Part shown: in pieces, positions 1-10,541 of the stretch
Position numbering within the stretch: position 1 is the stretch's first letter
Layout of the letters: each line of letters begins with the position of its first letter
From: Callorhinchus milii
Taxonomy: Eukaryota
DNA: 64,000 nt
Assembly (NCBI RefSeq): GCF_018977255.1
Contig: NW_024704742.1
Span: 59,088,001-59,152,000, forward strand
Direction: 5' to 3'
Translations under genes and position numbers: made by a program
Notes under the pieces: generated by a model
Databases searched by the model: none
Told to the model about the DNA's origin: nothing
Seen by the model: only the letters and a program-made list of their open reading frames with translations

Positions 1-188
1 ATCACCAAAGTAAAATTGGTTGGTCACTTCATGGCTGTTTCTGAGACATTGCTATGCACAAATTGGCTGCTGCGTTTGCCTACAAAATACACGGTCACTT
101 CACTTTATAGCATATCATGCGAAGAGTTTGAAATGGCCACCTGATGAGAATGGCACTATATCAAATGCAAGTTTTTTTGTTATTATTT
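1..188 (+). mobile_element. 3' part of Deu-domain tRNA SINE (DeuSINE/SacSINE1-like)
   Basis: GACATTGCTATGCACAAATTGGCTGCTGCG core, LINE-type tail ...GGCACTATATCAAATGCAAG and TTA repeats; the same motifs recur many times in the window. Confidence 0.8.
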
Positions 189-228
189 TAAGGAATTCGG
201 TTAAGAAATGACAACATAAGATAATTTA

Positions 229-366
229 AACAAAACACAAAATACTGCAGATGTTGGAATCTGAAACAAAAACTGAGAGAGCTGGGAAAACTCAATGGGT
301 CAGGCAGCATCCATGGAGAAAGGAAAGTGAGTCAACGTTTCAGGTCCACGACCCTTCGTCAGAACA
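229..366 (-). mobile_element. Penelope-like element terminal remnant
   Basis: AAATACTGCAGATGTTGGAATCTGAAAC...GTCAACGTTTCAGGTCCACGACCCTTCGTCAGAAC; homologous to both arms of 7345-7586; carries a hammerhead core on the minus strand. Confidence 0.65.
329..365 (-). ncRNA. Minimal type I hammerhead ribozyme motif
   Basis: Minus strand reads GTT-CTGACGA-A-GGGTC-GTG-GACCT-GAAA-CGT-T-GACTC: CUGANGA and GAAA core, 5-bp stem II, palindromic ACGT stem III, short stem I. Confidence 0.55.
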
Positions 367-1299
367 GTTTTTCCTTGGGAAAGCCAATATAATTTAAACC
401 CCAATATGTCATAAGTCATCAAGGTGAAAATATTCTGCTTTGCAAACTTCCTGAGCTCAAAGACGTCAGTTGAGAACTGATTTGCATGTCACTTATAGCC
501 ATTGCACCTGAGCCGAGGAAATATGTTCAGCTGGATAAGTCGATTTAGTTTCCAGCTGTTATTCTGGTCCTGGTTGTTCAGATGCTTACCCAGTAGAGAG
601 GTCTGCTGATGGGCGGTTGCTGTGAATAGGTTTTAATCCCCGCTGGCAAAATTGAAAAATGTGTTGGGATTGTATTCACAATCTGCAGTGTGGCTCATTA
701 TACATCATGCAGGTTTGTTTCAGCCACACACAGATTTTAAAAATCTTGAGATTAAATAAATCCCAATGATTAATTCATCACTTTTTAATAGGGATACTAT
801 AAATAGAGGCCACTGTGTGTGTGTGAGCGGAATGTGGAAAATAGTTCAGGTGTGAACGTTCTCATAACTCATAACTAATGAAGCCATGGGATTTAGGGAT
901 TATCAGTGAAATGCAACTAATCATGGATGAATAATGTGCATCTGATTAGTAGACTGATGTCCTAGCACTCAATTACCTTTGGGGTCATTGTGGATTTTAG
1001 GTCTCTTTTCTGTAATGTGCTCTGCTCATCTCCTCAAACGATCACTTAAATCCTTCAAGTGGAACATTCAGTTTGCACTGTTGTGGGCTCTTCCTTGGGA
1101 AAGCCAATAACAGTGCAATCAAAGAGCCTCTAACATTGTGATCTGCAACAAGCCATGTCAAGGACTGAGCTTGATGTTTCAAATGGCTTTTGTTTCTGAC
1201 ATGCTTTCTTTTATCCTTAAACCATGAATGTATTGTGTCAGTAGCTCACACGTTAAATATTTTTAGGCTGGTTAATTTGGGGAGGGTGTGTGAAAATTT

Positions 1300-1432
1300 C
1301 ACAGAATGTGCATGAAGGAGACGGGAATAGAGGGGTAGAAAGGGTAGAGTCTCAGGCGTAGCATGAACTAGTTGGGTCAATAGCCTGTTTCTGTGCTGTA
1401 ATGTTCTGTGTAATTCTTTCTTTGTAATTCTA
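1300..1432 (+). mobile_element. CR1 LINE 3' end fragment
   Basis: GTTGGGTCAATAGCCTGTTTCTGTGCTGTAATGTTCTGTGTAATTCT, a CR1-type terminus with short tandem tail; similar to 39365-39405. Confidence 0.6.
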
Positions 1433-1552
1433 CGACAAAGGAATTTTCTGCTGTGGACAAGGATAAGCGGCATTATCTTGCCTTGCTTTTGGAATGCTTG
1501 ATGTTGAGCTGTGGATCAGTGAATAATTATTAGTTACCAGCACTAATACAGT

Positions 1553-1788
1553 ACAACTTATATTATATAGTTATATGGTTATATGTCTCAAAGCCCTTGA
1601 CACTCCTGGTTTGGTACCTGAGGTGTGAGTGGGAGCCGAGGGAGTGGAGAGGGAAAATACTACTACTGAACTCCAGTCAAACTGGTAGATCTTGAGACAT
1701 ATCTTGAAAGAGGTGAGGGAGAGAAGAAGACAGAGGGATTCCAGGATGGATTTCTAGATAGTGGGGGCAGGTAAGCTGAAAGCCTGAC
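1553..1788 (-). mobile_element. Degenerate L2 LINE 3' fragment
   Basis: G-rich segment resembling the reverse complement of the L2 3' end (GGGGGCAGGTAAGCTGAAAGCC matches the GRAFS..AP region). Confidence 0.5.
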
Positions 1789-1789
1789 T

Positions 1790-1872
1790 AGATATGATCA
1801 GCCAAGATCTAATAGAATGGCGAACAGGCTTGAGGTGCTGAATGGCCTACTCCTGTTCCTCTGTTCCTATGG
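1790..1872 (+). mobile_element. CR1-type 3' tail (HER1/HE1-like)
   Basis: GATCAGCCAAGATC...GAATGGCGAACAGGCTTGAGGTGCTGAATGGCCTACTCCTGTTCCTCTGTTCCTATG; recognised from memory of elasmobranch CR1 tails. Confidence 0.6.
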
Positions 1873-1945
1873 ACTTTGAACAAGCGGCTAATAAAATCCT
1901 CCATCAAGTAACTTGTAGATTAAAAAGAAGCAATGTCCCATTGTC

Positions 1946-4060
1946 ATGCTGCACAACAAAGTTTTTTCCTATAACAGGATGCATTTCGATACTCTTGCCC
2001 CCATCACTTCCCGCACTGTCTCCTACTCCCGCTCCTCCCCCTGGTACACCACCCACCTCCGCTCACTGAAATGCCAGGTGCGGGCTGCTGAGCGCACCTT
2101 TGTCAAATCCGGCTTAACGGTCCACCGACAAATCTGGCTGGACCTCCTCAAAATTTACCGCTCCACTCTAGCCTCGGCCAAGTCGTCCTTCTACTCCAGG
2201 ATAATCCTGGAGGCGAAGAACAACCCCAGGCTACTGTTTTCCACCACATCCCGACTCCTCCGTCCCCCCCGCCACCCCGCGCAGGTCATCTCCTCCAACC
2301 TTCACTGCGAGGAGATGCTGGATTTCCTTGAATCCAAGATCAAGGGAATCCGCTCCGCGGTCACTTCCCCTCCAACTTCCACCCACCACCCACCCCTTCC
2401 CTCCCACACTCCGACTCCTACCCATCCTCCCCTACACACCTTCGTACCCGTTTCCCCACCCTCTGTCACTGAACTCATCCTATCCCTAAAACCAACCACC
2501 TGCTCCCTTGACCCCATCCCCACTCCACTCCTTATCTCCCAGCTCCATTTTCTTGCCCCACACATCACTGACATCATAAACCTGTCCCTCTCCTCTGGCT
2601 CTGTCCCCATTCCATTAAAAACTGCCATCATCACGCCCACCCTGAAAAAACCCTCCCTTGATGCGTCGCAGCTATCAAGCTACCGGCCCATCTCCAACCT
2701 CCCCTTTCTCTCCAAGGTCTTGGAAAGAGTTGTCGCCTCCCAACTGCGCTCTTTCCTCTCCACCCATTCTCTTTTTGAACCCCTTCAGTCAGGTTTCCGT
2801 GCTGCTCATAGCACAGAAACTGCCCTGGTCAAGGTCACCAATGATATCCTGACTATCTGTGACCAGGGCTCCCTCTGTCTCCTCGTCCTCCTCGACCTAT
2901 CGGCAGCATTCGATACGGTCGACCACGCTATCCTACTCCACCGCTTGTCCTCCCACCTCAACCTTCAAGGCACTGTCCTTGAATGGTTTAGCTCTTACCT
3001 TTCCCACCGTCTTCACTTCGTCTCAACGAATGGCTTCTCCTCCACCCCCCGTACTGTCTCATGTGGTGTCCCTCAGGGCTCTGTCCTCGGTCCCCTCCTC
3101 TTCACCCTCTATATGCTCCCCCTCGGTGACATCATCCGCAAACATGGGGTTAACTTCCACATGTATGCGGATGACACCCAACTCTACCTTTCCTCCTCTA
3201 CTCTCAACTCCACGACCACCGATGTCCTGACAGCCTGCCTGTCCGACATCGAGTCCTGGACGAGAGACAACTTTCTTCAGCTCAACGTGCGAAAAACCGA
3301 GGCCCTCCTGATTGGCTCACGTCAGCGCCTCCGCACCTCAGGCGCTGACACCATCAGCATCCAAGGCTGCACTCTCCACCTCTCAAAGCCAGTCAGGAAC
3401 CTCGGCGTTTTGTTCGACCCTGAGCTGTCCTTTCTCCCTCACATCCGCACCACAACTGGCACCGCCTTCCATCACCTCCGGAATATCGCCAGATTACGGC
3501 ACTACCTCACCCCTCACGCTGCTGAAACCCTGGTTCACGCCTTTGTCACCTCAAGGCTGGACTATGGGAACTCTCTCCTCGCCGGCCTTCCCGGCACCTC
3601 CCTCCACAAGCTGCAGGTCATTCAGAACTCTGCAGCTCGTGTACTGTCCCGCACCAGGCTTCGGGACCACATCACTCCCACCCTCGCTCGCCTCCACTGG
3701 CTCCCCATCCCCCAGAGGATTGATTTCAAGATCCTCATCCTCACCTACAAGGCCATTCACGGCCTTGCTCCCTCCTACCTCTCCAACCTACTATCCCCCT
3801 ACCTACCTGCCCGTACCCTCCGTTCCTCTGGCTCCGGTCTGCTCCACGTCCCCCGCCCCAACCGCCCTACTATCGGTGGTCGGGCCTTCAGCCTCTCAGC
3901 CCCGAGGCTCTGGAACTCCATCCCCCAGTGCCTTCGCCTTGCTTCCTCCCTTTCCTCCTTCAAGGCCGGTCTCAAAACCTTTCTCTTTGACCGTGCCTTC
4001 AGCTCCCCTCTCGACTCTCTTCCTCCTCCTCGCTCCCTCCCTTCCCTCCCCTCACCCTGA
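1946..4060 (+). CDS. L2-clade non-LTR retrotransposon ORF2, reverse transcriptase and C-terminal region (endonuclease missing through 5' truncation)
   Basis: 704-codon uninterrupted ORF with RT motifs [51 protein letters not shown] (YADD at 3164-3175) and RNLGV, plus L2-typical LHWLPI..RIDFK and [12 protein letters not shown]. The first ~13 codons come from flanking DNA. Confidence 0.92.
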   Translation: MLHNKVFSYNRMHFDTLAPITSRTVSYSRSSPWYTTHLRSLKCQVRAAERTFVKSGLTVHRQIWLDLLKIYRSTLASAKSSFYSRIILEAKNNPRLLFSTTSRLLRPPRHPAQVISSNLHCEEMLDFLESKIKGIRSAVTSPPTSTHHPPLPSHTPTPTHPPLHTFVPVSPPSVTELILSLKPTTCSLDPIPTPLLISQLHFLAPHITDIINLSLSSGSVPIPLKTAIITPTLKKPSLDASQLSSYRPISNLPFLSKVLERVVASQLRSFLSTHSLFEPLQSGFRAAHSTETALVKVTNDILTICDQGSLCLLVLLDLSAAFDTVDHAILLHRLSSHLNLQGTVLEWFSSYLSHRLHFVSTNGFSSTPRTVSCGVPQGSVLGPLLFTLYMLPLGDIIRKHGVNFHMYADDTQLYLSSSTLNSTTTDVLTACLSDIESWTRDNFLQLNVRKTEALLIGSRQRLRTSGADTISIQGCTLHLSKPVRNLGVLFDPELSFLPHIRTTTGTAFHHLRNIARLRHYLTPHAAETLVHAFVTSRLDYGNSLLAGLPGTSLHKLQVIQNSAARVLSRTRLRDHITPTLARLHWLPIPQRIDFKILILTYKAIHGLAPSYLSNLLSPYLPARTLRSSGSGLLHVPRPNRPTIGGRAFSLSAPRLWNSIPQCLRLASSLSSFKAGLKTFLFDRAFSSPLDSLPPPRSLPSLPSP

Positions 4061-4212
4061 CCATTTCCCCCCTCCTCTCTCCCTCCCTTCCCTCCCCTCA
4101 CCCTGACCATTTCCCCCCTGCTCGGGTCATGACCCAACTGTGCAGCGCCTTGGGACGTCCTCCTGACGTGAAAGGCGCTCTATAAATGGAATCTTGTTGT
4201 TGTTGTTGTTGT
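1987..4212 (+). mobile_element. Young 5'-truncated L2 LINE with 3' stem-loop, (TTG)n tail and apparent TSD
   Basis: C-rich, CpG-retaining body; 3' hairpin AGCGCCTT...AAGGCGCT; (TTG)n tail; TGCATTT at both 1980-1986 and 4213-4219. Confidence 0.92.
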
Positions 4213-4679
4213 TGCATTTTTTAAGTTTCTTTCACACCTTGTGCCAGGTACTCGGAGGTGTTCAGGTAACACTCATTCTGTCCCCCAAGTACTCCTATAG
4301 TTGGTGCATTTTTTGCACAAACTCCCCTCATCAATATTGTAGTGATGCTCTATTAATTTGTCTATCACTATTTGCGGGATCTCTTCCAAAATTCATAGGT
4401 TATGAATTTACTGCATAGTTATATCCTCTATGAATTCTGCACTCACAGCTGTGCCTACAATTTTTTGAATTTCATGGCACTCAATTTATTCATTACCCGT
4501 TTCCAAAATATGCATTGCTCATTGCTTGAGGTGAATCATCATTAGCTTCTACAGACTTTGTTATTGGTCATGGATTTGCATTTTCCACAAACAGCACTTA
4601 AGGACGACAAAGTGATATTGTTAGCATGTTAATTTTGAAATTGTTAAAGCATGCTTCACTCCCGTTTGTGTTTTTCTAT

Positions 4680-4862
4680 CTGACAGGGCAGATAGGATCT
4701 TAGATTTAACATCTCATCCAAACGACGGCACCTCCAACAATACAGTGTTCTTCCCATGCTGTACAGGAGTATCGACCTAGACTGCGAGTCCTGATTTGTG
4801 GCTTGAACCCACAACCTTCTGGCTAAAAGCAAGAGTTCTACCAACAGAGCCAAGCTGACATG
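4680..4862 (-). mobile_element. DeuSINE-like SINE, 5' half
   Basis: TTAACATCTCATCCAAACGACGGCACCTC (Deu domain, antisense) and GCTTGAACCCACAACCTTCTG...GAGCCAAGCTGACA (tRNA head, antisense). Confidence 0.75.
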
Positions 4863-5422
4863 TATCAACAATGTGTATAGATATCATCAGTGAAAAGTGC
4901 ATTACACATCACAATTTTGCCTCCCTTGTTTGTGGCTCATGGATTCTCCCAAATTGTAATGCAGTAGCAAAGCTCTAGCAGATTATGAGTCTGTCTGGAG
5001 AAATTACTCCAAGATTTCAATTGTTTGACCTTTTTCTTCTGATATAGTATTTTTTTGTGAACTCAGTTGTTGTTTGTGGCAGGAAGCTTGTGTTCATCAC
5101 ACTTCTGTCAATAGTTTGGATTAATGGCCACAGTAATGCTAGTTTAAATTCATTCCCATCTTTATGTTCACTGGAATATACTTCTACAGCATTTGCTGCT
5201 GCTGTAGCTGGGACTATTTATGCCTGCATTGCTGTTAAATAATATAATCCAGTAACAATTCTTTGGTTTTGCTTCAGTCGAAAGTTCCAAATGACATTAT
5301 AATCTTAAACTTTGGCATTTCCAGTTGTTCATCTTATTGAGATTCTGTGCAGTTTTGCAAGCTGTTCTAGATTTAAAGTTTTATTCTGGTTCTATGAGGT
5401 TTGCTCTGGTTTATTTTAATCA

Positions 5423-5835
5423 TATTAATACTTGCATTTGATATTGCGCCTTATCAGGTTGTCAAAATTTCTCAAAGTGCTTCACACTGCAAAGTAACTG
5501 TTTTTAGGTGACCATAGTAGGCAATTTTCACACAACATGCTCCACAAACAGCAATGAAGCGAAAACCAATGTCAGCTGGGGAATTCTTGGCCAGTACACT
5601 GGGGGAAACTTCTTTTTCCTTGCAAATAGTTCCTCTGGGACTTTAATACCCCCTGAATAGGTAGATGGGACCTCGGTTTAACATATCCATCGGCTATTAC
5701 AATAGATTGTGCAGCAATCCACCAGCACTGTACTGGAGTGTCAGCCTTGACTAAGTTTAAAATCCTGCATTGGGGCTTGAATCCACAATCTTGCATCTCA
5801 AAGGAGAGAGTCCTAGTGACTGAGTCAGGCTGTCC
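5423..5835 (-). mobile_element. DeuSINE-like SINE, near full length
   Basis: Tail CTTGCATTTGATATTGCGCC, Deu domain and head GGGGCTTGAATCCACAATC...ACTGAGTCAGGCTG in the correct order. Confidence 0.8.
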
Positions 5836-6637
5836 ATGTTTTATTTATCACAGTTTATGCAGCACCTCTCATTGTCAATTCACTTACTGAGTGCTGAGGT
5901 ATGTTATGTTCTGCATTTGGCTTCACTAATATCATCCCATTTCTAAAATACCACTTTGTTTTTAATATGTGCTGCCATGTAATCATCTTAAAACTGACTC
6001 AAATGGGTACAGCTTTTCGATTGATTTTTTGCTAGGTTTTATTTCTGTCATTTTATTCTGAGGAGAATTTGTGAGTACAGTATTTATAGGTTTATGCTCA
6101 AACTACCTTGTCCTTCACACTTCTTTTAAAGATAAGCACTAGTTAAGCTGTTGGTTGCCCCCAGGGGGATACTGGTGGGGGCAAGAGGTAGATCAACCTG
6201 AATTGGTAGTAAATGAAGGTCATGAGGAGGTTGACCTGAGCTCACATCGGTGGATATTTAAAAACAAACTACTAAAAATGCCAGTTCAGCAAGTTATCAC
6301 CAACATTTGATTCCACTCTGTCTATGACAGTGCATAAAATGAATACATTACCTGGGCCTTTCAGTCATCTGGACATTGGCTTCATTGGAATCTGTGCTCT
6401 TAAGTAAATCCTTGGAGCTCTGGCCCTGAAATGCCTGAATATTCAACACAGTGAGTGTGGTAGAGGAAGTGTTTAGAAATGCTGCAGATCAGTAATTAAT
6501 GCATTAACATGAAACCTGCCGATAGTCAGGCAGGTACCATGGGACTCTGAACCAAGTGTATCTATGTTATAATGAAGCTTTTATATAAATCTTAATTATT
6601 TTCTGTATTTTATGGTTTTACTATTTAGGCACTTAAT

Positions 6638-6800
6638 ATCACAGAAAATTTCCAGCACAGAGGAAGGCTTTGCAGCCCATTGTGTCTGTGCTGGCTCTTT
6701 TAAAGAGCAATCCTTTTAGTCCCACCTGACATTTTCCCATACTCCTATAGTTTACTCCTTGATAGATGTTCATCTAGTTTCCTTTTAAAACTTATATGGA
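6638..6800 (-). mobile_element. CR1 3' fragment
   Basis: CAGCACAGAGGAAGGCTTTGCAGCCCATTGTGTCTGTGCTGGCTCTTT is the reverse complement of the CR1 end seen at 39330-39405. Confidence 0.65.
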
Positions 6801-7344
6801 TTATTGAGGAAGTGTTCATATTGAACAAATTTAACTGTTGAAAAAAAATGCATACTGTCCAGGAAACAAGTTTAACATGAAGAAGTACAAATGTTTTGAA
6901 TTCTCTCTGTATCTAGATTTTTCCTCTTTTGCCCTGTCAACTTTCTTTGTCCTTCTTTCATTTTGTTTCTCTCTCCTGTTCTCCGCCTGACCAAGACTCA
7001 CCTGGGTTGCACTGCGTCAAGTATGTATGGAAGACCGAAGGTGGCAAATATTTTGTAAAACAGCATTTAAGAGGACAAGTTTGCTACCTGCGTTTGATGT
7101 CCCTGTGAAATAGTGTAGGGGATTTCAGGAAAAGTAAAGGATATTGTACCCATCCTATCAGGACTCATAATCTCATCGACTGATACCCAGTGCAGAAACA
7201 CAAACACGTTAAGACACACAATGTCAAATCAACATTCATTTCTCCAGGAGCACGCTGAAGATTTTTAAATTCACTCTGCCACAGGGATTTAGCATATCTT
7301 CAAAATAAAATAAAGTCAATATTCAGAGATTAAAGGGGGGGAAA

Positions 7345-7586
7345 AAAAAACTGTGGATCTTGGAAATCTGAAATAAAAGCAGAAAACGATGGAAATTCTG
7401 AGAAGATCAAACAGCATCTTAGAGAGAAAGAGGAGAGAGAAAAAAAAGAGAGGGAGGAAAACAGGTTAAGATTTCAAGTGTCGCCCTGAGTTCTGATGAA
7501 GGGTCGTACCTGAAATATTAACCTCTCTTTTCCTTGTGGTTGATGATTGACCTTCTATGCATTTCCAGCACTTTCTGTTTTTATTA
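7345..7586. mobile_element. Penelope-derived inverted-repeat remnant
   Basis: Left arm GGAAATCTGAAATAAAAGCAGAAAACGATGGAAAT... and right arm ...ATTTCCAGCACTTTCTGTTTTTATT are inverted copies; both are homologous to 229-366. Confidence 0.65.
7488..7524 (+). ncRNA. Minimal type I hammerhead ribozyme motif (decayed)
   Basis: GAGTT-CTGATGA-AGGGTCGTACCT-GAAA-TAT-T-AACTC: 5-bp stem I GAGTT/AACTC, intact core, AGG/CCT stem II, palindromic ATAT stem III. Confidence 0.55.
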
Positions 7587-8834
7587 AAGTCAATACAATA
7601 TCCATCATAACAATTCCTTATGAAGCAGAGCAATAGACAAAAGCATGTGACAGGTGCCTTTTGTCTGCTGGAATTCAAGGCAGTTGACAAACAGCAGCAC
7701 TGACAGTGATAATCCAACTCTCCTGTGCACAATTCCAAAATAATTCAGGTGAAATGACAATATAATGGCATAAGTGAAATTGCAACTGAGACACCATTAA
7801 ATGTTATCTCTGTGAAATAACTCCACAGAGTTGCTACAGGTCAGTGTAGTCAGTACTGAAAGAGAGATAAAGTCAACTAAAAACGACAGCTGGTTATTAA
7901 CACAACAAAATTACAATAATAATTACTATATCATTCTTTGAATCATTCAGGACTATAGATATAGAGAGCGATGGTATATAGGTACTCTAAACAACATTAT
8001 AGCTCTCAAATTTAAAATCAATTCTAAAGTAAATGATTATTTTGTATTATTGTCTCTACACCATCACATCTAACCACTGTTTCAAACATTTGTCAAGATA
8101 TTTAAATGGCATTTCTCCTTAAAGGGAGTTTTGAAGCTCTAAACAAATTTCAGTTCATACCCAAAATGTTTCTACAACCCAGAAGGTCAATACTGATTCA
8201 TGTTTATCATGTTATTAGCACAGGAAAGATGCGCATCAAATTGAAGAGATTGGAAGCAGCCAAATAGCTAGATCTAATGTCATCTGACTTGTTATTTATC
8301 AAATTTTATTGGCAACTTTGTTTCCTTGATCATGTCAGCACTTTGCCAGCTCCACTGGAGATCAACAGCGTTCAGTGATGCTTAACTCCGTCTTAATCAG
8401 GAAGTCGTATTTCTGAGTTTCTTAAAATGAACTGGCTTCCAAATTAAGACTGTATTTAAGAATTTTCCACAATTGTGCACCATCTTAATATTAAAACAAA
8501 GTGGTCTTAACACAAGGTGTCCTTTCTGGCCTCAGAGTACTGCCCACTGCACCACCCAGTCCTTTTAAATATTTTTCTCTCCAGTGTTCTCCCTTAGCTC
8601 TCTCTCTTGTATGTGACAAATCACGATGAAATCCTTTGGAGGAATACCGAATGAGTCTGCAGGTGCCTTCTTTCTTGGCTGTGCCCATCAGAATCACTCC
8701 ACCTTTTAGGCCGAGTTGAACAGCACGGACTACCGAGCTAACTCAATAGTTTATTTCTCTTTGTATTAATATCTTTGTCATTGCATTTTACATCAATATA
8801 CATGTTCCACAACATTTAGAAATATTGTGTCAGG

Positions 8835-9225
8835 GAAGACTGGTTGGAACTGTCCTTTCACCTCCGAGTCTTGAATCTGAATCCATTTGAGACAGATGGG
8901 GACAAAATCTCCTCTCTCTTGACAGCTTTGGGGTAGGCAGTTTCAATCCATTTCCCAATGGGCATGACTCAAAAGTACAAACTTTAGCACTAAATTGTCA
9001 ATTTTGCTCACAGAATGCCACAAAGAAAGCTGGTAGGGCACATGAAAATGTCATATGGGTGGATGTAAGGTTGCTCCTGAGATGTTAGGATAAAATCAAT
9101 TTTTGGACCATTTACTCAATATTTACCCATTTTGTGCCTGAATTCAATGCAGTGCTAATACTGCATGGAAAATTGAAAAACGTAATTCTACTAACAATGA
9201 CAGCAATGTTGAAAACAAACCAAAA
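8835..9225 (+). mobile_element. LF-SINE-like old SINE
   Basis: CCTTTCACCTC..GAATCC head, GGCAGTTTCAATCCATTTCCCAATGGGCA and AGCACTAAATTG motifs resemble my recollection of the LF-SINE consensus; related fragments near 15790-15920 and 23370-23500. Confidence 0.5.
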
Positions 9226-9445
9226 AATCTCTAATAAGATGTAATAAGTCAAAAATCTGATGAATGAATCATTAAAAAGCCCATTCAAAGTAACACAGTA
9301 TCAATACCCTCTGTGTAAAGACGTTCTTCTTCAACATGCTTTTAGATATGCTAGTGGCTATTTTATATTCATATTATTTATGAGACGTGAGACGTAGGCA
9401 AAGGATCACAATAAAAAATCATACATCCTCTTAGTAATGCAAATT

Positions 9446-9740
9446 AATAATAATAATTATCCTTGCATTTGATATAGCTCCTTATCACATTGCTGAGATG
9501 TCTCTGTAAAGTGTATTTGCAATATATTCTGTGAAGCGTTTTGAGACGTCTCAAAGACGGGATAAGGCACTATATCAAATGTAAGGAATATTATTATTAT
9601 TATTACTGACTGTATATTTTGTCAGCGAAGTGTGGCAGCAGGTTTGCGCACATGAACATCCCACAAACGGCCATGGAGTAAGTGACTAATTTTTTATGGG
9701 TTACACACAACCTTCTGACTCAGAGGTGAGAGTTACTAAG
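9446..9740 (-). mobile_element. Internally deleted DeuSINE-like SINE with a nested antisense SINE tail (9509-9606, +)
   Basis: Minus tail at 9446-9508 resumes at ~9607 after a plus-strand tail ending in (ATT)n; head CACAACCTTCTGACTCAGAGGTGAGAG at ~9705-9735. Confidence 0.75.
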
Positions 9741-10121
9741 GAGAGCTTGCATAATTCAGACAGGGTGATTTGCAATCACGTTTGCATTTTGACCTCAGGA
9801 TGATAGCGCTATTTCTCCATTGTTATCAATATTTGATACGAGACGTTTGAAATATTCACGACATTTTCATTTCCTTCTGTCAATCATCGCCTGCCAAGTA
9901 AGTATGAATGATTTGCTTTGGCAGAAATGGGGACATTTTTATCAAGACTAACAAAGTAATTTAATATGATATGTAAACAAGCGCTGAATTGCTGTCACAT
10001 GTGTCTTTCATTTGGTTACAAATACGCCCCAAATTCCAAACACTGTAATTTTTTTTAAGAGTGAGTAAAACAGCTAATCGGCCACAATAAAGGGCCATAC
10101 TTTGCCAAGGTAAGGGAAGTA

Positions 10122-10541
10122 ATTATAAATAATCCTTGCATTTTATAAAGCACCTTTCATTTCAGGAAGATGTCTCAAAGTGCTTCACAATGTAAAATGC
10201 AGTGACTGTATTTTTTAGGCAAATTCAGCAAGCAGTTTGCTCACAGCATTGTACAGCAACAAACAACCGTGATGTGAATGATCAAGTTTATCTTGGGAAT
10301 TGTTGGCCATGAGACTGTGAGAAAATCCCTTCTCTTTTCAAATAGGATCTTTAACGTCCAACTGAACAGGCAGATTGGCCTTTCTCATCAGAAGGATAGT
10401 ACCTCCCGCAACGCAGCACCCCACCACTACTGACAAGAATGTCAACCCAAACAATGTGAGTTTGTAGTTCTGATGTGGGACTTGAACATGAACCTTTTCA
10501 CTCAGCAGTGAGAGTATTACCAACTGTGTCAGGCTGACATC
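10122..10541 (-). mobile_element. DeuSINE-like SINE, near full length
   Basis: Tail, Deu domain (GGATCTTTAACGTCCAACTGAACAGGCAGA) and tRNA head in order. Confidence 0.8.

Noticed and set aside
1946..4060. RT as a retron, group II intron, DGR or telomerase-type enzyme
   Set aside because: The motifs, C-terminal region, 3' stem-loop, (TTG)n tail, TSD and multiple truncated copies all fit an L2-clade LINE in a vertebrate genome.
2231..4137. Overlapping Ser/Pro-rich and Gly/Arg-rich ORFs within the L2
   Set aside because: Alternative-frame and antisense by-products of a C-rich coding strand; the same applies to 38297-38863 and the ORFs in 42393-44176.
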